Source: Octopus vulgaris (taxonomy: Eukaryota). From it: a stretch of 64,000 nt of DNA. The position numbers and the translations under genes were made by a program. The stretch lies in assembly GCA_951406725.2 (NCBI GenBank), contig OX597825.1, positions 21,328,001-21,392,000 on the forward strand, in the 5' to 3' direction. Shown in pieces: positions 56,383-64,000 of the stretch (the stretch's first letter is position 1; each line of letters opens with the position of its first letter). The notes beneath the pieces were generated by a model. It did no database searches and had not been told where the DNA came from. It saw only the letters and a list, made by a program, of their open reading frames with translations.

Positions 56383-56801
56383 AGGAAACTTTTGTACCCA
56401 TAGCTAACCTCCAAGTAGCGCCATGTCGTTTTCCTTGGTTGTCTGAATATTCTCAAGATTATGTGTTTAAAATACATAATCATTCCATAATATTAGAGTT
56501 CATTTGTCAAATTGGTCAGATAAAACAAATTGGTCAGATAAAATCCGTTAACTCTTGTCGTCGAACAAAATGCTGTGATTTGTAATTCCTATAAATAAAA
56601 CACATACGCGTACAGTCACACATGTAGACAGTCAGGTACAGAAATACACGTACGTATACACACATATATTGGTGTCAATTTTGGCACGAAGCCAGCAAGT
56701 TTAGGGGTGGGGTTAAGTTGATTACTCCCTCAACTAGTACTTGATTTATCAACCCCGAAATGATGAAAAGCAAAGTGGACCCGGCAGAATTTATATATGT
56801 A

Positions 56802-57190
56802 CCAGCAGTATCGCCCGACGTTGCTCGGGTTTGTTTCGACCCTTTAGAATTGGAATTTTTGAAAAGTAACAATTTTGCATTATGTACGTTGTTATTCTCT
56901 TTAAGTGAACATTTTTCTGGTTTGAAATACACGGAAAAATGGCGACACAGCAGTCAAAAAATCGTAAAAAATTTGGGATTTTCATAGAAGAAAAGCACCT
57001 TTTTGAAGTAAATAATTTTTCGTGTTAACATGGTCCAATTTGAATTTTTTCTTCTACGGAAGGAAGAACAAGCCTCCTTCTATCATACTCTCAATTTTGG
57101 TCAACCTGCGCCGCAGGGCCTCGGAGGAGATAGTGTTAGTTGAAGGCTACTAAACCTGCCATACACAGACAACTTCAGATTTATATATAT
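56802..57190 (-). mobile_element. Non-autonomous Helitron
   Basis: 3' hairpin CCCGAGCAACGTCGGG followed by a CTGG|T terminus (CTRR); the 3' end is shared with 33180. Confidence 0.7.
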
Positions 57191-58559
57191 GTATAATGTA
57201 TTTCTACATGTGCGTATGTGTGTGTACACACACACACACACACACATTAAGGAACTTTTGTATGCTGGCGATTGCGATCTTGTCAGCCATTCTGAAACAG
57301 GTCTGCAATCTCTTGTATAGTATCTGATGCAGCTCTGCACCGTTAACCAGCCAGGGGAGATGTCCTCTTGGGGTTAAACGAATCGCAGTAGTGTCCGCTG
57401 GAATGGACAGTCATGTTAACGTAGCTACGAATATTACATATCACCGAGATTTTAGTGCTAACATTTTTGCTTATACATATCTATATGTGTGTGCGTATAC
57501 ACACACGTAAAAATGATAATATACGTGTGTGTGCGCATGCTTCCTTCTCGTTTCCCCTTCTTCTCCTTGTCTCCTGCGCGACACTATTCAATAAATATTT
57601 CTTTCTCCAGATCCGGAAGAGATTTTCCTTTCAGTTCCTCCAAACCATTCCATTTTCAAACAAGGAAGCGCTTTCCCTTCCACATACAGCCTCATTTACA
57701 CATACAGACTTATATACACAATTAGACACAGACATATATGCAGACATATAAACATACGAACTGACTGTTTACATAATTCAAATAGATAACGGTAGAATTG
57801 GATATCAGTAAGGAAAACTTTTGTCTATCAATAAAAACTTTGAAGTCAATGTAAAAATAATAAAGAAATAAATTCATATACATTGTGTTTGCGAGTCTAT
57901 ATGTCCGTATGTTTGTGCAGACGTGTGACTGGTTGATTGAATAAATATTATTTATATGACTCTATATTATTAATATATGAATAATAAATATAAATAGGAC
58001 AGGGTATTATTAACGTAAGAATAAATATTATTCAAATGATAATGTTTATAATTTGACATTATCAACAAAACGTTGAAACATTTAACAGTCAGAAATGAGA
58101 ACAAGGTGTCTGTGGTTGCGACGATATGGCGAATGTTCGCTTTTTGCTAAGTTGTTAGTTTACTTCCAATTAGATATCTGGTCAGCATGAACCCCTAGAA
58201 ATAAGAGCCTTACCAATTAGAATGAGAAAGACTGTAATCAGTTTCAGGATCTTCTACCAATAGCCTTATCATCACATGATCAATAGCCTTATCCTTACAT
58301 GATCATTTCAAATCTCTCGTAATTTATTTTTGTGTGGTACCTTACCAGATCGGTCATTATAAAAATTTGCAATAATTAACTGGCGTCCAATATAACTGAT
58401 TTTTCAACGCCACAGAAATTCAAATTTTGCTAACGGAGGAAACTGAAATCTTCCTTGTTATCTATTTCTTAGCTAGATTATGGTGTTATCCTCCAATGCA
58501 CTGATTGGCAGCGATTTTCTTAGCTCTCTATATATGGGATATTTGATAAATAAATAATA

Positions 58560-58811
58560 TAAATGCGCCCTTTTAAAGCCTAGCTAAGCTCATGGGCCCG
58601 GTTTCCCGGTTTCAATGGCGTATGTGTTCCCCAGCTAGATGGGACGCCAGTCTATCGCAGCGTTTCTCATATTTGCCAGCTGAGTGGACTGGAGCAACGT
58701 GAAATGAAGTGTTTTGCTCAAGAACACAACGCGTCGACCGGTCCAGGAATCGAAACCACAATCTTACGATCATGATTCTGATACCCTAACCACTAAGCCA
58801 CGCGCTTCCAC
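58560..58811 (-). mobile_element. tRNA-derived SINE family D (second full copy 59475-59722; partial copy 27880-28045)
   Basis: Two highly similar copies, with a tRNA-like head and a (TTTA)n tail. Confidence 0.88.
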
Positions 58812-60280
58812 TGAGATATATGATACTGTTGAGAAAATATAAGCCCCACAAGAAAATTTGCCTTGCCTTAAGTACATTGTCTTACGCTCGTCAGATTCTT
58901 TCAATTTCGAATTTCAGATTTTTACAATTTCTTTCAATTGTTTTACTTATATTTGAAACTCCACGACATCCTTTAACTATGTCAATGCCCGGAACGAAAA
59001 CTAGGGAGCGAATAGAATGAAAATAGAGGCTGTCACGCCAACCGCATCATTAAAGTTGGATCCCATCCTTGTATCTAAAAAAATTAAGCGAATGAAAGTA
59101 CAAGGCGTCAATCCGACATACTGATAACCCTCAGCTGGTGGGGCCGTTAATTTTCAGTGTACTGGGTTAAAGCGAAATGAAGTACTTTGCTCGACGATAC
59201 GACGATGTACCACCAGCTCCCAGAACCCATGTCTTAATGATCATGAGCCCAACATTTAAACAATTAAACTAACACTTAAACACATAGGGTAATATATCCT
59301 AAAAATTACAGACGTTGTTCTTGTACATATAGGGTTTTTTTCTATTTTTATTTTTATTTTTTTTCTATTAAAGTTTCAGCTCAGAGCTGCGGCCATGCTG
59401 ATGCACCGCCGTTTGATAAAGAACTTATCAATAACTCTATTATGAAATGATAGATATAAAGATAAATAAATAATAAATGCGCCCTTTTAAAGCCTAGCCA
59501 GGCTCATGGGCCCGATTTCCTGGTTTCCATGGCGCATGTGTTCCCAGCTGGACTGGACGCCAGTCCATCGCAGCGTTACTCATTTTTGCCAGCTGAGTGG
59601 ACTGGAGCAACGTGAAATTAAGTATTTTGCTCAAGAACACACGTCGCCCGGTCCAGAAATCGAAACCACAATCTTACGATCATGATGTTGACACCCTAAC
59701 CACTAAGCCACGTGTCTCCACGAGGTTGTGAAAAAGTAATATGAAATGTATTCTATCCATGACGTTTCCACCATTCTGTTTCCCTTCTTGTAATCTTAGT
59801 TTATTGTTTTCAAAATCTGGCACAAGGTCAGCAAACTCGGGGCTGTTATAGTCCGACGTTACCTAATTTCTTTTTTCAATATATTAAGAACGAGAGTTTA
59901 TAATTTGAGTAATGTAACCTTAGTCTAGTTGAGAAAACTTTAATAAAGCCTCTCTATGTGGTCCGTCGATTTGCTAGAAATAGCAACAAAATATGCATCA
60001 AATCACACATTTTTGAAAAAGAAACATCAGGTTTTGTAATTCTAGATAAATTATGTCTGAATAAAGCACATGATAAGATGATTAATGCTGGAATAAAATC
60101 TTTGAACATAGGTCTACTTGACTTAGAACAGGTAGAAAAAATGAGAGGAAAAAAAGCGAAAACAAAAATTTTAATGCTTATTTTATCGACCAGGTGATGC
60201 TAAATCGTTCTACCGTTGCCGGGATTCGAAATCAGAGTCTAAAGAACGAGATGGCATGCTACACAAAATCTATAAATACA

Positions 60281-60823
60281 TATTTCTTTACTACCCACAA
60301 GGGGCTAAACACAGAAGGGACAAACAAGGACAGACAAACGGATTAAGTCGATTATATCGACCCCAGTGCGTAACTGGTACTTAATTTATCGACCTCGAAA
60401 GGATGAAAGGCAAAGTCGACCTCGGCGGAATTTGAACTCAAAACGTAACGACAGACGAAATACCTATTTCTTTACTACCCACAAGGGGCTAAACACAGAA
60501 GGGACAAACAAGGACAGACAAACGGATTAGATCGATTATTTAATCGACCCCGAAAGGATGAAAGGCAAAGTCGACCTCGGCGGAATTTGAACTCAAAACG
60601 TAACGACAGACGAAATACCTATTTCTTTACTACCCACAAGGGGCTAAACACAGAAGGGACAAACAAGGACAGACAAACGGATTAGATCGATTATTTAATC
60701 GACCCCGAAAGGATGAAAGGCAAAGTCGACCTCGGCGGAATTTGAACTCAGAACGTAGCGGCAGACGAAATACCGCTAAGCATTTCGCCCGGCGTGCTAA
60801 CGGTTCTGCCAACTCGCCGCCTT
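60281..60823 (-). mobile_element. Concatemeric SINE B (one head plus three body/tail units)
   Basis: Junctions GAAATAC|CTATTTC at 60463 and 60618; a single TSD AATCTATAAATACA at 60267-80 and 60831-44. Confidence 0.92.
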
Positions 60824-61669
60824 ATCTATGAATCTATAAATACAGCTTTCTTTTATTTCATCCAACTCGCAGTTCTTCTAAAGAGAAGGTTTACACTTGC
60901 AAGCGAGGTATTAGATTGCATGTTGATCCATTTGTTAAGCTTTTCCTATTAGAATTAATGGAGTTTAGATTTTCTCGTAGCTGATGCAAGTAATTTCTCG
61001 TTAAAAGTTAAAAGTTGTCTTGTGAGAAGACGGAAGAAATAAAATTGAGGAAACAAAGAAAGAAAAAAAGAACGAAAAAAGGTTGTTTGCTTTGAACATC
61101 TGGAGTCGATAAAATTGTTCTGACAGAGCTGGTAATGGTTCGGTATACGGGGGAAAATAGGAAGTGCAGAAAGTGTATATTCTGCAAAAGTCATCAAAGT
61201 CATCATATCGTTGGGACGTTATGTCTTCCATGTTATCCTACATCTGAATTTATTGACATTTTCACTATTAATGCACAACCTCGACATCTTTTTAGACGTT
61301 AGATTTACAATAAAGCTGATTTTAACGTTGTTTATCGTACCACCAGCGTAAAGATTTTGTACGCTCATTATAGCGCTGTTGTATAGCTTTCGTATATATC
61401 GTAGGCATAATACTGTCAGTGTACAGCTACTGTGCACAAGTATCGGGTTTTCAACTCTTATCGGATATCTCTTGTACGGTTATTGTACGACTGTTGTACA
61501 CATGTTGTACAGTTGTGTTGTGACAGACAGTTCAGCATTTATTATACAGATGTGATGTAACTATTCTACAGCTAATTCACATTATTGTACATCTGTTTAG
61601 TATTATTGGACAGCTGTTATACTGCCATTGCACAGTTTAAGGTAAACATGTTTGTACTGAAGGTACTGC

Positions 61670-62125
61670 TGAACTCCGAATGTAGAAGTCGACGTATCAT
61701 CAGGCGGTGAAACAAACTCTGTAGGTGTTTCGCTCCCACCTCACACCACCGCGACTCTAGAGTTGCTCGGGGTCACCCACCGATATAAGTAACAAGACTC
61801 CCACGCAACAACGCGAGCTTTGTAGAGTCGGATGTTGCAACTCCGAACCAAATGTTTCTATCATCCTCAATGTTCGTTTCGCGGCGCCGCTCATCCTCTC
61901 TCATGACCCAGATGCAATGGCATGCTTTCACCGCGGCTTCGACAATTTTCTAGCAACACTTTTTTTCTTTCCTTTGCAGCCAGTCCAAAACCCCTGGGTA
62001 TCGAGTGAACCCTGCTTTCACCAAATCCTCTCATACCTATCTCTACAAGAAGGCAATGCTGTCTCATATCTCTTGTTTACATTGACTTCAATCAACCTAG
62101 GTGTTCTGAGGAGATCCTTGATACA
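61670..62125 (-). mobile_element. Hero/NeSL-like RLE LINE 3' end
   Basis: Minus-strand peptide LLVEIGMRGF...GL...EAAVKACHCIWVMRE (compare PVEVGxRGF...AExxSxWIWxxR). Confidence 0.65.
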
Positions 62126-62129
62126 CAGA

Positions 62130-63460
62130 GGGCAAGAGTTTATAAAGGAAGCAGTGTAGACTTTAAAGTCGATATAGGGCCCATTTAAATTCTTTTACTA
62201 ACGTAAAAATATAAATTTGGGCCCATTTAAATTCTTTTACTAACGTAAAAATATAAATATAGGGCCCATTTAAATTCTTTTATTAACGTAAAAATATAAA
62301 TATAGGGCCCATTTGAATTATTTTACTAACGTAAAAATATAAATATAGGGCCCATTTAAATTCTTTTACTAACGTAAAAATATAAATATAGGGCCCATTT
62401 GAATTCTTTTACTAACGTAAAAATATAAATATAGGGCCCATTTAAATTCTTTTATTAACGTAAAAATATAAATATAGGGCCCATTTGAATTCTTTTACTA
62501 ACGTAAAAATATAAATATAGGGCCCATTTAAATTCTTTTACTAACGTAAAAATATAAATATAGGGCCCATTTGAATTATTTTACTAACGTAAAAATATAA
62601 ATATAGGGCCCTTTTAAATTCTTTTACTAACGTAAAAATATAAATATAGGGCCCTTTTAAATTCTTTTACTAACGTAAAATATAAATCTACAACACTAGC
62701 TTCGTATATACAAGAACATAAACTAAAAAATATACACTACTCATTATCTTGGTCTGTAATAGCAGAAGCAACCCACACAACCCAACACAATACAATTACG
62801 CATGTATGTAAATTGTGCATTAGAGAATCCATGAATATTCTTCGTCAATATGAGCCTATATCATTAAATAAGTTCTCGGATGCTATATTTTCCTGTAATC
62901 ATAGATATCCTTCAACATTTATAAATATTTTGATAAACCTCGATAAATTAACCATTAAGTTTTTAATTATCTATATTTCAATTAATCTCTATACTCCTGC
63001 CATCCAATAACTTCATATTGATAAATTATTATCTACTTAACATCTATAACATTTTCTAAATTGCATTTGCCATATTTTCTGTTATATCATTTCCTCCTCC
63101 GATTAACAACTGCACCTCCTTATATAACTAAATCTCACCTCCCCAGTACAACATTGCATGAAATGTGAATCCTGAATAATATACTCTATGATGAAGGAGG
63201 CAGTGTCCAATATTTGGAGTGAAAATACACTTAAAATCTATGGATTACTATGCCCCTGAAACGGCCGTAAGAGGATTACTACCAAAAGTTTATCTAAACT
63301 GGATTACTTATTCTTTTGGATTATTTACAAGTGGTTTTTGAAAAAAATCCAATCTCAATGCCTACGATGTTTTTTATTCGCTGTTCGGAATAAGACTTTA
63401 TTTTATTCACCTTTTTGTAAGGACATATTTTATTCTTAAATAATTTATATATATATCTTA
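62130..63460 (+). mobile_element. Penelope-like element 3' part: GIY-YIG endonuclease remnant plus terminal repeat with a hammerhead-like motif
   Basis: VYKG..FK.RY.AH.NSF..Y.STTLASYI..K..YSLSWSVI..CKLCIRE..LNK.S...CNH matches the PLE endonuclease pattern; the hammerhead-like motif lies at 63184-63273. Confidence 0.85.
62173..62687. repeat. Minisatellite of 12 copies of a 43-bp unit
   Basis: Unit ATAGGGCCCATTTAAATTCTTTTACTAACGTAAAAATATAAAT; the GGG block recurs every 43 bp (first interval 42). Confidence 0.97.
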
Positions 63461-63479
63461 AATGGAAACATGCGAGAAT

Positions 63480-63927
63480 GAAAAGTAATATTCTTAAGAT
63501 TATAAACCTGAAAAAGTACAGGACAGGTTATTACAACTGGAAGAATACAGGACAAGCTATTACTTCTAGTAAAGTAAAGAATAAGAAACTTTTTACTTAA
63601 AATATTGCAGCAAAGAATGCCAGTTTTTCTAATTTATCACTCTTTACAGTTCTCATCTTATAAATTTATAGTACAAAACTGTTCAGCGAATTTGCATGTT
63701 TGTCTAATTAGTCACTTTTTTTCTGTATTTAAGGTAGCAAATTAGCCAAATTCTACTTAAATAGGTATAGTGTTATTTGTAAAGTATAAAAAAAAATAAT
63801 GTTTAATATTCAAATTTTAAATTTAGCTGCAATATTTTAAGTAAAAAGTTTCTTATTCCTTACTTTACAAGAAGTAATAGTTTGTCCTATACTTTTACAG
63901 GTTTATAATCTTAAGAATATTATTTTC
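63480..63927. repeat. Fold-back inverted repeat
   Basis: ATATTCTTAAGATTATAAACCTG...TACTTAAAATATTGCAGC is mirrored at 63825-63927. Confidence 0.8.
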
Positions 63928-64000
63928 TATGTACTTCATGAGTTTTCCTGGCATTGCTGTAATAAGATAATAATATGTCAATAAATAATCTAAGATTTTA

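Noticed and set aside
62173-62687. CRISPR-like regular array
   Set aside because: The units are contiguous with no unique spacers, the context is eukaryotic, and there are no cas genes.

Overview
AT-rich eukaryotic DNA saturated with microsatellites. The repeat repertoire suggests an octopus or other coleoid cephalopod; this is an inference from recalled SINE families and was not searched. Almost all ORFs in the supplied track are translations of (TA)n, (CA)n, (TATG)n and similar arrays. The remaining content is: (i) a candidate two-coding-exon gene for a small secreted, dibasic-site-rich precursor (814-949 spliced to 11766-11968); (ii) four tRNA-derived SINE families, R4/Dong-like, Hero-like and CR1/I-like LINE remnants, a deleted mariner, MITEs with 8-bp target-site duplications (TSDs), and Helitron remnants; (iii) several unrelated Penelope-like (PLE) terminal fragments next to (TA)n tracts, often arranged as fold-back inverted repeats. 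These fragments carry a panel of type I hammerhead-ribozyme motifs, including compensatory C3:G8, G3:C8 and U3:A8 core variants. Other notable signals are a recurrent tail-to-head-hairpin junction in one SINE family that hints at a circular or concatemeric RNA intermediate, a 43-bp satellite born inside a GIY-YIG coding sequence, and a ~1.1-kb decayed reading frame of possibly viral origin. All structures were derived by eye.
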